NCBI GenBank assembly: GCA_947493455.1
Contig: CANLRB010000008.1
Location: 23,173-87,172 of the forward strand
DNA: 64,000 bases
From: an uncultured Pseudoalteromonas sp.
GTDB taxonomy: Bacteria; Pseudomonadota; Gammaproteobacteria; Enterobacterales; Alteromonadaceae
Direction of reading: 5' to 3'
The position numbers were made by a program, and so were the translations under genes. Numbering within the stretch: position 1 is the stretch's first letter; every line of letters starts with the position of its first letter. Under the pieces are notes generated by a model. The model worked only from the letters and a program-made list of their open reading frames with translations, made no database searches and was not told the DNA's origin. Positions 11,663 to 22,869 of this stretch are shown here, piece by piece.

Positions 11663-14182
11663 TTATTCGAGCGGTATTGAAATTACAGCGCCGCCTTGTA
11701 CGCCGCTTGGACTTGTTATTGTAACTTCAAGTACAGCGGTTGTTGCACTATCACTAATATCTAAATTGTTTTTCAGCACAAAGCTCATAATTTGGCCGCC
11801 AAATAGGTTGTTTGCCAGCGCTTGCTTAAAACTAATGTTACCTATTTGAGACTGCGCTATTGGAAAACTGCCGCCAGAGGCATTATTACCAACGACCATG
11901 CTTGTTTGTCCAACGAGCTCTCCTTCATCTGTTGTGATGGTAATTGTTGTACCAAGAGGTAGTGTTTGCAGTGCTGTATCTGTGAGGTACAAACTATAAG
12001 CAGCTGCGCTATTTCGAGCAATACTATTTACTATGCCTGATTCGGTTTCACCTGGGTGGTTATATGCAATTGGGTTTTGCTGTGTATTGTCGTACAGCGC
12101 CCAAAAACTTGCGCCATTTGCCATAATTAGACGCAGTGCCTTACGCACGTGAATTGCGCTTTGGCTTGCGCAATTTGCGCCGCTGCATTGGGGTCCATTG
12201 AAGGCGTTGTCAGCGATTGCAAATACTTGGTCATCATTGTAGTCAATGAAGGGTTCACCGACTTGATATAAATTATCTTCATTGTCGTCACGCCACGCTT
12301 CAGTTAAATCAATAAACCCTGAACTTTGATATTCTGCTCGTCCAAAGCCGCTTGATACAGAGTCGAATTGGAGTGCGTTACCATCGTTTTCATCAAATGT
12401 ATTGTTACCATTAGTATCAAAGAAGGTTTCGTGACCTAACGCCGTAGCTAAAATAGTAATGCGGTGGTTAAATACGCGCGGGTTTGCACTTTGCCATGTT
12501 ACTGAACAGGTCCCGTTAGTGGTTTGGCAACTCGGCTCAATTTGACCGCCTTCTGTTGTGAAGTTAACGGTTGTACCATCAGGTACTGGATTGTTAAAAC
12601 TATCTGCAAGCCATGCAGTAATTTCTGAGGTAACACCATTTATATTATCGCTTTCTGGATTCAAGATGGTAGCCGCTAAACTAATGCTGTTTTGATCGGC
12701 AAGTCCTGTGTTTACTGAAAGTAAATCAGATTGCGTTTGTATCGTTTGCGTGTTTGCAGAAGCTGTCGCTGTGACCCGAACGGATGTCGGCACGTTGCCA
12801 GATATTACTTTAGTCGCAACCTCGCCTTGTGAATTAGTCAGTGCGGTTGTTGGGGTTATGGTAAGTCCACCTGCTGTTGTATTTGCACTAAAAGTGACTT
12901 CTTGCTGCGGTAGTAAGTTACCCAGTTCACCGCGCACGCGAAAGGTGAGGGTCGAAATTTCTTGCTTATTAACACCACCGGTGCCTTTTAATACGATGGA
13001 ATCTGGTTCAGCCGATAAAAATTCGATCGAGCCGAGGCTTTCACCGCTCAGAGAGATGTTTTGGGTTAACGTAATTGTGTTGCTTGGGGTCGCGATTGTT
13101 GCGATGATTTGGTCTTGATTGCCATTGGCACCAGCGCAGCTAATATCTTTATAAGTGGCTTCAGCTGTGCCGTTGATAGTTAAAACTTGCTCATCGATAA
13201 CTGCTTGCCCTGTTAACACACAATTTGATGTAAAACTGATTGGCGTTGGCTGCGAAATTGGGTTTTCATTCTCGTCAACAATGGAAATGGCGACGCCTAA
13301 AGTTCCGCCCGCTGCCAAATTAACCTGACCCGAATCGTCTAAACTCAACGATAAGCCAATCTGGTTTGCTATAAAATTACCTTGTTGATCGAAATGTCCA
13401 GCACTGAGCTGCTCTTCAACCACACTATCAGCATCGAGGATTTGATAATTAAACTGTTTACTGATCCGCGTGTCATTGTCGAGTTGGTAGCTTGCAGTCA
13501 AGGTCGCTGCCCCAATCGTATTGTCATCTGCCGCCGTCAAGGTTAACGACGTTTGCCCTTGGCTGTCAGTTAAACTGCCTGTTGCATTGAGTTGCCCTAA
13601 TTCCGCGCTAAAATCTAACCGTTCATTTGCCAGCGCTTCACCACTACTTGTTATTAATCGCGCTTGAATTTCAACTGTTTCGCCTTGTTTAAAGCGGTTG
13701 TTTGCTTGCCCATCTTGCAGCATCGCAAGGGTAATTGACGGTAAAGTTGGTGTTGGCGTGGTGTCTTTTAGAAACTCATAACCAACTACGTTACTCGCAT
13801 CACCACTAGAGATAGTTAAATTAGCAGCGCCAATATCGGTTGATTCGCTTGTCAATAACACCTGTGCGATGCCACTGCTATTTGACAATTTACTCTCGGG
13901 TGAAAGCGATCCTAATGGCGCGTCAAACGTGACTGTGGTGTTGGTTACTGGCTGGCTATTTTTAGTTAATGTTGCTTGAATACAAAAGGTACTGCCAGCG
14001 ATTTGAGATGGTGCGGCAAGAGGCTCACAATTTTGATCGAGAATTTGGCTTGCAATAAGTATCGGCGCTTCTGGATCAGGAGGTATGATTTCTTCATTTT
14101 CTCCCGAAGAGCCATTGCAGCCATAGAGAAGTGAAAGTAAAGCGACGGTGCCCGTAATGGATAAGTACTTTTTTATTTTCAT
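11663..14182 (-). CDS. Large surface lipoprotein with tandem bacterial Ig-like (Big_1/invasin-type) domains
   Basis: ATG at 14182 preceded by AAGGAAG. Signal peptide MKIKKYLSITGTVALLSLLYGC is lipobox-like. At least 4-5 repeats fit the pattern v.F....G.l......T...G.a...lt....G...vtA (for example ERLDFSAELGQLNATGSLTDSQGQTSLTLTAADDNTIGAATLTASY). DTNGNNTFDENDG is an acidic Ca-binding-like loop. Confidence 0.75.
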   Translation of the reverse strand: MKIKKYLSITGTVALLSLLYGCNGSSGENEEIIPPDPEAPILIASQILDQNCEPLAAPSQIAGSTFCIQATLTKNSQPVTNTTVTFDAPLGSLSPESKLSNSSGIAQVLLTSESTDIGAANLTISSGDASNVVGYEFLKDTTPTPTLPSITLAMLQDGQANNRFKQGETVEIQARLITSSGEALANERLDFSAELGQLNATGSLTDSQGQTSLTLTAADDNTIGAATLTASYQLDNDTRISKQFNYQILDADSVVEEQLSAGHFDQQGNFIANQIGLSLSLDDSGQVNLAAGGTLGVAISIVDENENPISQPTPISFTSNCVLTGQAVIDEQVLTINGTAEATYKDISCAGANGNQDQIIATIATPSNTITLTQNISLSGESLGSIEFLSAEPDSIVLKGTGGVNKQEISTLTFRVRGELGNLLPQQEVTFSANTTAGGLTITPTTALTNSQGEVATKVISGNVPTSVRVTATASANTQTIQTQSDLLSVNTGLADQNSISLAATILNPESDNINGVTSEITAWLADSFNNPVPDGTTVNFTTEGGQIEPSCQTTNGTCSVTWQSANPRVFNHRITILATALGHETFFDTNGNNTFDENDGNALQFDSVSSGFGRAEYQSSGFIDLTEAWRDDNEDNLYQVGEPFIDYNDDQVFAIADNAFNGPQCSGANCASQSAIHVRKALRLIMANGASFWALYDNTQQNPIAYNHPGETESGIVNSIARNSAAAYSLYLTDTALQTLPLGTTITITTDEGELVGQTSMVVGNNASGGSFPIAQSQIGNISFKQALANNLFGGQIMSFVLKNNLDISDSATTAVLEVTITSPSGVQGGAVISIPLE

Positions 14183-14219
14183 AGTCTTCCTTAATTGCTG
14201 CAATGTATAAAATGATCAA

Positions 14220-14756
14220 TTATTCATGTATAAATGTTTTAAGGTATTGAAATAACTCGCGATATGCTTTTGCTGGTTTTTCTTGTGATTGCTCTTTTCG
14301 AGCTTGGCGCATTAATTGGCGTAGCTTTTGTCGATCGCAGTCTTCGTACTCAACAATCAGCTGATTGATCTTATCATCGCCAGAGGCAATGATTTCATCG
14401 CGTAAATGCTCAATTTTGTGAAGTAATACATTGCCCTGTTGGTGCTTATTTTTGATGACATTCATCGCATGAGTAATATCGTCAATGTTATCGGCAAGAC
14501 GCAAGCATTTTGCAATGTAATTCAAATGACGGCGGTAGGCTTCTTTTTTAGGTGCAAGTTTATCAGCTAACGTCATCGCTTCTTGAAGATCGTCATTTAA
14601 CGGAATTGTTGCCCGTTGTTTCTTTCCTAGTTTTGCGATTTCTTCACCTAGTTGATGTAATTCCTTGGCATCGCGTTTAAGTTCTGCGCGCGATACATAA
14701 ATAATTTCTTCTTGGTTTTGGTCGTGGGATTTATCCACCATGCCATACTCCGACAT
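14220..14756 (-). CDS. yjgA: Ribosome-associated protein YjgA (DUF615)
   Basis: 178 aa, highly charged and helical. Divergent from pmbA as in E. coli. Confidence 0.8.
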   Translation of the reverse strand: MSEYGMVDKSHDQNQEEIIYVSRAELKRDAKELHQLGEEIAKLGKKQRATIPLNDDLQEAMTLADKLAPKKEAYRRHLNYIAKCLRLADNIDDITHAMNVIKNKHQQGNVLLHKIEHLRDEIIASGDDKINQLIVEYEDCDRQKLRQLMRQARKEQSQEKPAKAYRELFQYLKTFIHE

Positions 14757-14952
14757 TACGATTACTTGCTTTGCTAAAAATCTGTATTTAATACACAGTG
14801 TGGTTAGGCAGACTATAGCACATTACACCAATTTACACGTTAATAATATTGTCTGGTATATGAGGAAATGATTGTTTTCAGGTAACAAATAATACACTCG
14901 ACCTAGTAATTTCTGATATGCTTTAAGAATAGTTAGTATAGGTTCCAACAGT

Positions 14953-16302
14953 ATGAGCGCAAATTCAAACGATCCCATTTACCAACAAATAGATGAAGTG
15001 AAAACTGCTGTCGCACAAGTGCTTGAGCAAGCAAAGAAACTAGGGGCTACTTCAGCGGAAGCTGCGATGTCTCGAACGGCAGGGTTGTCTGTTTCAACAC
15101 GTTTAGGTGAGGTTGAGACTATTGAGTTTAACCAAGATGGTGCGCTCGGTATCAGCGTCTATGTTGGTAATAAAAAAGGCTCAGCGTCGACCGCTGATTT
15201 AAGTCGTGATGCGCTTAATATGGTTGTCGGTAAGGCGATTGAAATTGCCAAGTATACCTCTGAAGATATCTATAATGGCGTCGCTGATAAAGAGTTACTT
15301 GATTATCAGCCAGAAGACCTTGATTTATATCACCCATGGCAAGTTACGCCAGAGCAAGGCATTGAATATTGTCAAAAGGTGGAAAATACCGCACTTAATA
15401 TTGACTCGCGTATTACTAATTCAGATGGTGCTAGCTTTTCCAGCCACCACGGTCTTCGCGTTTATGGCAATAGCCATGGTCAACTCGTTGGTTTTCCGCG
15501 TACTCGTCACAGCTTGAGTTGTATGGTGATTGGTGAAGAAAATGGACAAATGCAACGTGATTCAGCCTATACGGTGGCACGGAAAGCCGAAAATCTTAAA
15601 TCTGCTCATGATGTTGGTAGTGAAGCGGCAACTGAAACGCTTGCAAGACTTAACCCGCAAAAAGTGAAAACAGGTAAATATCCAGTGTTATTCCGTGCGG
15701 ATATTGCATCGTCATTATTTGGTCATTTAGTTGCCGCGATTGGTGGTGGCGCCCTTTATCGAAAGTCTAGTTTCTTATTGGACAGCATAGGCACAAGCGT
15801 ATTTAATCAGGTCGTTAATATTGAAGAGCGACCGCGTATTTATGGTGGTATGGCTTCGACCGCTTTTGATAGTGAAGGGGTAAAAACCCGTGATCTTACG
15901 ATTGTTTCAGGCGGTGAGTTGCAAACTTATTTACTGGCGAGCTATGCTGCCAGAAAGATGGGTATGACAGCTACAGGGCATGCTGGTGGGATTCACAACT
16001 GGTTTGTTGAGCAGACACATGAGAATTTAAAAGCACTCTTGTCAGAAATGAATACAGGACTGTTTGTAACAGAGTTAATGGGCCAAGGTGTTAACACTGT
16101 CAATGGCGATTACTCTCGTGGTGCAGCAGGTTTTTGGGTTGAAAACGGTGAGATTCAATATCCTGTAAGTGAAATTACGATTGCGGGCAATTTGAAAGAA
16201 ATGTTTATGAATATGTCAGCGATTGGTGGTGATATTGATCCTCGCGGTAGCATTCAAACAGGATCAGTGTTAATTTCTGAAATGGCAGTTGCCGGTCAGT
16301 AA
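14953..16302 (+). CDS. pmbA: Metalloprotease PmbA (TldE)
   Basis: 449 aa PmbA/TldD-fold protein. Conserved C-terminal GDYSRGAAGFWVENGEI motif. Confidence 0.93.
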   Translation: MSANSNDPIYQQIDEVKTAVAQVLEQAKKLGATSAEAAMSRTAGLSVSTRLGEVETIEFNQDGALGISVYVGNKKGSASTADLSRDALNMVVGKAIEIAKYTSEDIYNGVADKELLDYQPEDLDLYHPWQVTPEQGIEYCQKVENTALNIDSRITNSDGASFSSHHGLRVYGNSHGQLVGFPRTRHSLSCMVIGEENGQMQRDSAYTVARKAENLKSAHDVGSEAATETLARLNPQKVKTGKYPVLFRADIASSLFGHLVAAIGGGALYRKSSFLLDSIGTSVFNQVVNIEERPRIYGGMASTAFDSEGVKTRDLTIVSGGELQTYLLASYAARKMGMTATGHAGGIHNWFVEQTHENLKALLSEMNTGLFVTELMGQGVNTVNGDYSRGAAGFWVENGEIQYPVSEITIAGNLKEMFMNMSAIGGDIDPRGSIQTGSVLISEMAVAGQ

Positions 16303-16346
16303 GTACATTTTAAGAATGATCAGTCCGTTCTGACACGTAAAACAAA

Positions 16347-16372
16347 AAAGGCAAACTTACGTTTGCCTTTTT
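16347..16372. terminator. Bidirectional rho-independent terminator (pmbA / pckA)
   Basis: GGCAAAC-TTAC-GTTTGCC flanked by an A-run and a T-run. Confidence 0.8.
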
Positions 16373-16396
16373 AATGTCTGTTAAGCATTCACTTAA

Positions 16397-18007
16397 TTAC
16401 AGTTGTGGTCCCGCGGCTACAAGCGCTTTACCATTATCTGTGTCAGTGAACTTCTCAAAGTTGTCCACAAAACGTTTAGCAAGGTCAACTGCTTTGTCAT
16501 TCCACTCTGAAGCATCTTGATATGTGTTGCGAGGGTCAAGAATATCGCCTTCAACGCCAGCAAGTGCTTTAGGAACCTCAAGGTTAAACAATGGTACGAT
16601 TTCAGTTTCAGCGTTATCAATAGAGCCATCTAAGATTGCATCGATAATTGCGCGAGTTGCTTTAATCGAAATACGTTTACCAGTACCGTTCCAACCTGTA
16701 TTCACTAGGTAAGCTTCAGCACCTGCTGCTTGCATGCGCTTTTGTAAAACTTCAGCGTACTGTGTCGGGTGAAGCGATAGGAACGCGGCACCAAAACAGC
16801 TTGAGAAAGTCGGCGTCGGTTCAGTGATACCACGCTCAGTACCCGCTAATTTCGCAGTGAAACCTGATAAGAAGTAGTACTCAGTTTGCTCAGGCGTTAG
16901 CTTAGAAACTGGTGGTAATACACCAAATGCATCAGCAGTAAGGAAAATTACTTTTTTCGCGTGGCCGGCTTTTGAAACTGGTTTAACGATGTTTTCAATA
17001 TGGTGAATTGGGTAAGAAACACGCGTATTCTCGGTGGTCGAGTTATCGTCAAAGTCAATTTTACCATTTTCGTCTACTGATACGTTTTCTAAAAGCGCAT
17101 CGCGGCGAATTGCGTTGTAGATATCTGGTTCATTTTCTTTGCTTAAGTTGATAGTTTTCGCGTAACAACCACCTTCAAAGTTGAATACACCATTGTCGTC
17201 CCAACCGTGCTCATCATCACCAATCAGCTCGCGCTTAGGATCTGTTGAAAGAGTCGTTTTACCAGTACCGGATAAACCAAAGAAAATAGCAACGTCGCCG
17301 TCTTTACCAACGTTTGCACTACAGTGCATAGACGCGATACCTTGAAGAGGAAGGTAATAGTTCATCATAGAGAACATACCTTTTTTCATTTCACCGCCGT
17401 ACCATGTACCGCCGATAAGTTGAATTTTTTCAGTCAGGTTGAAAGCAACAAAATTCTCAGAGTTGAGGCCTTGCTCTTGCCACTTATCGTTTACCGTTTT
17501 TGCACCGTTCATAACAATGAAATCAGGTTCGTAGTTAGCAAGCTCTGCTTCAGTTGGACGAATGAACATGTTTTTTACAAAATGTGCTTGCCAAGCTACT
17601 TCAGTAACAAAACGAACCTTAATACGAGTATCTTCGTTTGCGCCGCAGAATGTGTCGACTACAAATAAGCGCTTACCTGAAAGTTGCTTTGTTACTAGGC
17701 CTTTAAGGTGAGACCATGTTTCGGGTGTCATTGGTTTGTTGTCATTTTTACCTTGATCTGACCACCATACTGTATCAGCAGATGTTTCGTCGCGAACAAT
17801 GTACTTATCTTTCGGTGAACGACCAGTAAAAATACCAGTTTTTACGTTAACTGCGCCAAGTTCAGTCTCAACACCTTTATCAAAGCCTTCGAGACCTGCT
17901 TTAGTTTCTTCTGCAAAAAGTAACTCATATGATGGATTGTGAACAATTTCTGCAACATCGTGAATGCCATATTGCGACAAATCAATCGAGTTTTCTAAAG
18001 CTGACAT
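16397..18007 (-). CDS. pckA: Phosphoenolpyruvate carboxykinase (ATP)
   Basis: 536 aa. Kinase-1a [11 protein letters not shown] and other ATP-PEPCK motifs (IGDDEHGW). Confidence 0.97.
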   Translation of the reverse strand: MSALENSIDLSQYGIHDVAEIVHNPSYELLFAEETKAGLEGFDKGVETELGAVNVKTGIFTGRSPKDKYIVRDETSADTVWWSDQGKNDNKPMTPETWSHLKGLVTKQLSGKRLFVVDTFCGANEDTRIKVRFVTEVAWQAHFVKNMFIRPTEAELANYEPDFIVMNGAKTVNDKWQEQGLNSENFVAFNLTEKIQLIGGTWYGGEMKKGMFSMMNYYLPLQGIASMHCSANVGKDGDVAIFFGLSGTGKTTLSTDPKRELIGDDEHGWDDNGVFNFEGGCYAKTINLSKENEPDIYNAIRRDALLENVSVDENGKIDFDDNSTTENTRVSYPIHHIENIVKPVSKAGHAKKVIFLTADAFGVLPPVSKLTPEQTEYYFLSGFTAKLAGTERGITEPTPTFSSCFGAAFLSLHPTQYAEVLQKRMQAAGAEAYLVNTGWNGTGKRISIKATRAIIDAILDGSIDNAETEIVPLFNLEVPKALAGVEGDILDPRNTYQDASEWNDKAVDLAKRFVDNFEKFTDTDNGKALVAAGPQL

Positions 18008-18315
18008 AGTAAAAACACTCCTAGGGGTTTTGAACGGGTTTAAAGTGAAATTTATTTAATAATATCCTACCTCCAATTCTATCGTAATAATTGGTTAAAA
18101 CAAAACCTGTATCGCCTTTTAAAAGGCGCTTTCATGGAGTTTTTTTCATGATACCGGTGTCAATTTGTTAATTAATTTTGAATTACAAAAATGACATCGC
18201 TGTCATAATTTTTTATGATGAATTTGATACTTTTTATTCATCGATATGATGTCATTTTGGGCGCTTGGTTAAAGTTAGAAGTCGAACAAACAAAATATAA
18301 AAATGAAGTGCAATA

Positions 18316-18340
18316 AAAAGCCGGTTTTAAAACCGGCTTA
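18316..18340 (-). terminator. Rho-independent terminator of hslO
   Basis: Perfect palindrome AAGCCGGTTTTAAAACCGGCTT, followed on the minus strand by a T-run. Confidence 0.75.
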
Positions 18341-18367
18341 GTTGTTGCGAATTAAAGTGACTATGGA

Positions 18368-19207
18368 TTAATTAAATATGTTAACGATATCTTCTTTTGT
18401 GAAGAGGTATTCTTTTAGGCAATAGTGACAATTCATTTTGAGCTCACCGTGCTTTTCTATATCGCTCAGAAGCGCATCTTTGCCGACATTAACCAATGCA
18501 TTGATTGTTTTATCTCGACTACAACCACATTTAAAGGTGACTGGTTGAGGTTCGAACACACGTGGATTATCTTCGTGATAGAGACGAGTGAGCACTGTAT
18601 TAGCGTCGAGATCGAGTAGTTCTTCATCTTTTATTGTGTTGGTCAGCGCTTCAAGATGAACAAAGTCCTGCTCAGCTTTTTGTTTGTCTACTGGCAATAC
18701 TTGTAGCAGTAGTCCTGCAGCTTTTTGCGAGTCGACATTCGTACTTAACCAAAGACGTGTTCTAAGTTGTTCAGACTGCATAAAGTATTGCTCTAAACAT
18801 TCCGCAAGCGAGTCTGATACCAAAGGCACAATACCTTGGTAGCGCTCTCCTTTAGTCGGTGTAATGGTGATGACCATATGACCCTTACCAATTAAATTAC
18901 TTACACCACCTTGTGTCACGTCGCTTTGTAAGCGCGCTATACCACGCATATTTTGCTCGTTGTCTCCATTGATAACCGCATACTTAACCGGGCCGTCACC
19001 TTGTAATTGCACAGCGATATCACCTTCAAACTTAAGTGTCGCCGTTAGCAAACAAGTCGCGACCAGTAATTCCCCCAATAACTCTGCGACAGGTTGAGGG
19101 TAATTGTGGGCATCAATAATTTCGTTGTAGGTGTGTTCAAGCTGGACTAGCTCGCCACGTACATCCAGGTTTTCGAATATGTATCTGTGTAATAAGTCGT
19201 TTTGCAT
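18368..19207 (-). CDS. hslO: Redox-regulated chaperone Hsp33
   Basis: 279 aa. C-terminal zinc centre CGCSRDK...CHYC. Confidence 0.95.
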   Translation of the reverse strand: MQNDLLHRYIFENLDVRGELVQLEHTYNEIIDAHNYPQPVAELLGELLVATCLLTATLKFEGDIAVQLQGDGPVKYAVINGDNEQNMRGIARLQSDVTQGGVSNLIGKGHMVITITPTKGERYQGIVPLVSDSLAECLEQYFMQSEQLRTRLWLSTNVDSQKAAGLLLQVLPVDKQKAEQDFVHLEALTNTIKDEELLDLDANTVLTRLYHEDNPRVFEPQPVTFKCGCSRDKTINALVNVGKDALLSDIEKHGELKMNCHYCLKEYLFTKEDIVNIFN

Positions 19208-19216
19208 TTAATTAAC

Positions 19217-19642
19217 CTAGCTTTGTTTAAACTTGAGCAATTCTCGGCGTTGCTTTTTATCTGGTTTATGTTCTGGACTGGGCGAAAAGTACGCATTGTT
19301 TTTTCTAGCCCATGCATTTTCTTCCCGTTTTTTCATACTTTGTTCAGTTTCCTGATACAAGGTTTGAGCAATCGGTGCACCGCGTCGATCGCCACTGACT
19401 TTGACTATGGTGACAATTTTTTCATCGAATCCTTGAGCCAGCTTTATTTCAGCATCGACTTCAACGAGTTTGCTTGGCTTACATCGTTGTCCATTGTAGT
19501 GAACTTTACCGCCTTGGATCATATCGCGCGCGATGGCACGTGTTTTATAAAAACGGGCAGCCCATAACCACTTGTCTAATCGCACCTTTTCAGAATCTTT
19601 TGCAGTAGAGTCGTTTTTTTTACTCACAATTGCGGTTACCAT
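19217..19642 (-). CDS. hslR: Ribosome-associated heat-shock protein Hsp15 (S4 domain)
   Basis: RLDKWLWAARFYKTRAIA S4 motif. The internal ATG at 19642 gives about 141 aa, versus 133 aa in E. coli. The ORF-track start at 19678 is possible but less likely. Confidence 0.88.
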   Translation of the reverse strand: MVTAIVSKKNDSTAKDSEKVRLDKWLWAARFYKTRAIARDMIQGGKVHYNGQRCKPSKLVEVDAEIKLAQGFDEKIVTIVKVSGDRRGAPIAQTLYQETEQSMKKREENAWARKNNAYFSPSPEHKPDKKQRRELLKFKQS

Positions 19643-19854
19643 GTCGGAAAATTGTGCGAAATGTAGCACAAATACCACTTTAAAAAAAGTTGATACAATT
19701 ATTTACTAATTGCTGACACCGCAATATATATGGCTTCAGACGGTGATTTATAAATAACCGCTGAGTTAAAAGAATCGGATTCACCACGATGAGGTTGTTG
19801 TCAATTGAGCGAAAGGTTAAGATGATTGGGTTATAAGAGGGTTTAAGAACAAAA

Positions 19855-20784
19855 ATGCAGCAGAGCTTACAACAATTAGAAAAAGTGATTGCAAAACTAC
19901 CGCAACGAAAAATCAGTGCGTTGCTGTTAGTTGTGATTGTCATTTATTTGGCATTTTTAACTGCGCAATTGGTTTGGATGCTGTGGCCGCAGGAGTCACA
20001 GCAGGCATTGACGAGTCAAGTCAGCTCAAAATCAAGTTCAAATAAGCGACTCAATATTAACAAAATCACATCACAGAATTTATTTGGCGTTGTTGAAGTC
20101 AAAAAACAAGAAGAGCAACCAGAACCGGAAGTTGTCATCAACGATGCACCTGAAACAAGCTTGAATATTAGTTTGACAGGAGTTGTTGCAGTCGATAAAG
20201 ACGATAAAGCTGGCTTAGCCATTATTGAAAGCCAAGGTAAGCAAGATACTTACGCTGTCACTGATGTTGTGACGGGAACGCGTGCTCGCATTGAACAAAT
20301 CCTTTTTGACCGAGTCATAATAAAAGTCGGCGCTCGTTTTGAGACCTTGATGCTTGATGGTATTGATTACAGTAAAAAAGTCGGTACGGGTAAACGTACG
20401 AATCAAAAAGCCGCTCAAAAAACAAAGCCAGTCACTAATCGTAAGGTGACGCCAACAAAGAATAAACAACTTAAACAAGAGCTTATCTCAAAGCGTCGTG
20501 AGTTACTCGAAGAGCCGGGTAAACTATTTGATTATATACGTATTTCGCCAAAACGCGTTTCTGGGGAAATCGTAGGATATACCTTAAATCCAGGCAAAGA
20601 TCCTAAATTATTTAGAACTATGGGTTTAAAGAACAATGATTTAGCTATTTCAATTAATGGCTACATGCTGACAGATATGCAACAAGCAATGTCGGCGATT
20701 AGGGAATTACGTAATGCGTCTTCGGCAACCATAGTGATCGATCGAGATGGTGAGCAACGCGACGTTTTATTTAGTCTGGAATAA
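19855..20784 (+). CDS. gspC: Type II secretion system protein C
   Basis: 309 aa with an N-terminal TM segment and a C-terminal PDZ-like segment (GYTLNPGKDPKLFRTMGLKNNDLAISINGY). First gene of the gsp cluster. Confidence 0.88.
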   Translation: MQQSLQQLEKVIAKLPQRKISALLLVVIVIYLAFLTAQLVWMLWPQESQQALTSQVSSKSSSNKRLNINKITSQNLFGVVEVKKQEEQPEPEVVINDAPETSLNISLTGVVAVDKDDKAGLAIIESQGKQDTYAVTDVVTGTRARIEQILFDRVIIKVGARFETLMLDGIDYSKKVGTGKRTNQKAAQKTKPVTNRKVTPTKNKQLKQELISKRRELLEEPGKLFDYIRISPKRVSGEIVGYTLNPGKDPKLFRTMGLKNNDLAISINGYMLTDMQQAMSAIRELRNASSATIVIDRDGEQRDVLFSLE

Positions 20785-20808
20785 GAATAACAGATTCGGA
20801 GTTTTCAC

Positions 20809-22869
20809 ATGAAACACCTGCTACGCCTGAATAAGGTACACAAGGGGTTAGCAAAATACGCTGCATTATTTATGGCGGCGGGACTGAGCTTTTCTGTCGC
20901 TGCAGTTGATTATTCAGCGAACTTTAAAGGCACAGATATCAATGAGTTTATAAACATTGTTGGTAAAAATTTAAAGAAAACAATCATTATCAACCCGAAT
21001 GTCCGTGGCAAAATAAATGTTCGCAGTTATGAGTTGATGAATGAAGAGCTCTACTATGAGTTTTTCTTGAATGTACTCGAGGTGTATGGCTACACCGCCG
21101 TTGAAATGGAAAACGGCATCTTAAAAATTGAGAAAAGTGCCGACGCTCGAAAAGCAAATGTTCCGGTAGTGCTTGAAGATGATCAAGTCTCGGGTGATAT
21201 GATGATCACGCGTGTTGTGCGCGTTAAAAATGTCAGCGTACAAGAGTTAGGCCCAGTTGTTCGCCAGTTTAGTGATCAAAAAGGCGGTAGCCACGTTGCT
21301 CAATATACGGCATCAAACGTGATGATGTTAACCGGTCATGCTGCGACAGTGAATCGTCTTGTTAAAGTGATTAAGCTTGTTGATAAAGCGGGTGACAAAG
21401 CCGTCGACATTGTTAAATTACAATATGCCACTGCATCCGATGTTGTATCGGTTGTTGAGACCATTTATAAGCCTGCTGGCGCTAAGAATACCGTACCTGC
21501 CTTTTTAATTCCTAAAGTGGTTGCTGATGAGCGTACCAATAGCATTATCATCAGTGGTGAAGGGCAAGCTCGTGAGCGTGCAATTGAATTAATCCAACGT
21601 CTGGATAATGAGCTCGAAAGCCAAGGTAATACTCGGGTATTTTACCTTGAATATGCCAAAGCTGAAGATCTTGTAAAAGTACTACAAGGCGTGAGCAAAT
21701 CAATTTCAGATGAACAAAACAAAGGTAAGAAAGGCGGCGGAGCGCGTAAGCGCAATGACATCAGCATTGAGGCGCACGAAGACTCAAATTCACTGGTAAT
21801 TACAGCGAACCCAGACGTGATGCGTTCGTTAGAAAAAGTGATTGGCGATCTTGATATTCGCCGAGCACAAGTACTTGTTGAAGCAATTATTGTTGAAGTG
21901 TTTGAAGGTGATGGTGTGAACTTTGGTCTGCAATGGATCACCGAGCAAGGTGGCATGTTGCAGTTTAATAACGGTACCACAGTTCCTGTTGGCTCGTTGG
22001 GCGTAGCTGCAGAGCAAGCTCGCGACAAAACAGTTAAAGATAACGTAACTGACGGCAATGGTACAACACCGATTGAGCGCACCGTTGAAGGTAACTTAGA
22101 GCCATTAGCCGCATTGCTTGGCGGTATTAACGGTCTCGCAATGGGTATTATTAAAAATGACTGGGGTGCGATTGTTCAAGCCGTGTCGTCTGATACTAAC
22201 TCGAACATTTTGGCAACGCCATCAGTTACTACTATGGATAACGAGGAGGCGTCGATGATTGTCGGTCAAGAAGTACCAATTATCACAGGCTCTCAAACTG
22301 GTAGTAATAATGCTAACCCGTTCCAAACGGTTGAACGTAAAGAAGTGGGTATTAAGCTAAAAGTTACGCCACAAATTAATGAAGGTACTGCGGTTCAGTT
22401 AGTCATCGAGCAAGAAGTCTCAAGTGTAAGTGGTGCAACAGCGGTCGATATTTCAATTAATAAACGTGCAATTACCAATACCGTATTAGCAGATGACGGT
22501 AAAATGGTCGTACTTGGTGGCTTAATTGACGAAGATGTGCAAGAAAGTGTGCAAAAGGTTCCTCTGTTAGGCGATATTCCAATTTTAGGTCACCTGTTTA
22601 AATCAACGTCGACGTCAAAACGTAAACGTAATTTATTGGTATTTATTCGTCCGACTATTATCCGTGATAGCGAAAGCATGACGCGATTGAGTCATTCTAA
22701 ATATAACTTTATTCGCAGCGAGCAAATTAAGCAGGAAAAAGATGGCATTGATTTAATGCCAAGCGAACAGGCTCCTGTATTACCAGAGTGGAATGATAAG
22801 TTGGTATTACCGCCAACATATGAAGAATTCCTACACGGTAAAAACAAGAAAGAAAATAAAGATGACTGA
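20809..22869 (+). CDS. gspD: Type II secretion system secretin GspD
   Basis: 686 aa with a signal peptide and secretin C-domain ([18 protein letters not shown]). Confidence 0.96.
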   Translation: MKHLLRLNKVHKGLAKYAALFMAAGLSFSVAAVDYSANFKGTDINEFINIVGKNLKKTIIINPNVRGKINVRSYELMNEELYYEFFLNVLEVYGYTAVEMENGILKIEKSADARKANVPVVLEDDQVSGDMMITRVVRVKNVSVQELGPVVRQFSDQKGGSHVAQYTASNVMMLTGHAATVNRLVKVIKLVDKAGDKAVDIVKLQYATASDVVSVVETIYKPAGAKNTVPAFLIPKVVADERTNSIIISGEGQARERAIELIQRLDNELESQGNTRVFYLEYAKAEDLVKVLQGVSKSISDEQNKGKKGGGARKRNDISIEAHEDSNSLVITANPDVMRSLEKVIGDLDIRRAQVLVEAIIVEVFEGDGVNFGLQWITEQGGMLQFNNGTTVPVGSLGVAAEQARDKTVKDNVTDGNGTTPIERTVEGNLEPLAALLGGINGLAMGIIKNDWGAIVQAVSSDTNSNILATPSVTTMDNEEASMIVGQEVPIITGSQTGSNNANPFQTVERKEVGIKLKVTPQINEGTAVQLVIEQEVSSVSGATAVDISINKRAITNTVLADDGKMVVLGGLIDEDVQESVQKVPLLGDIPILGHLFKSTSTSKRKRNLLVFIRPTIIRDSESMTRLSHSKYNFIRSEQIKQEKDGIDLMPSEQAPVLPEWNDKLVLPPTYEEFLHGKNKKENKDD

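Noticed and set aside
19202-19943. ORFs 19202-19567(+) and 19680-19943(-) around hslR and gspC.
   Set aside because: The first is antisense to hslR, which has a clear S4 motif. The second spans the hslR/gspC promoter gap and overlaps the gspC start. It has no RBS or domain.
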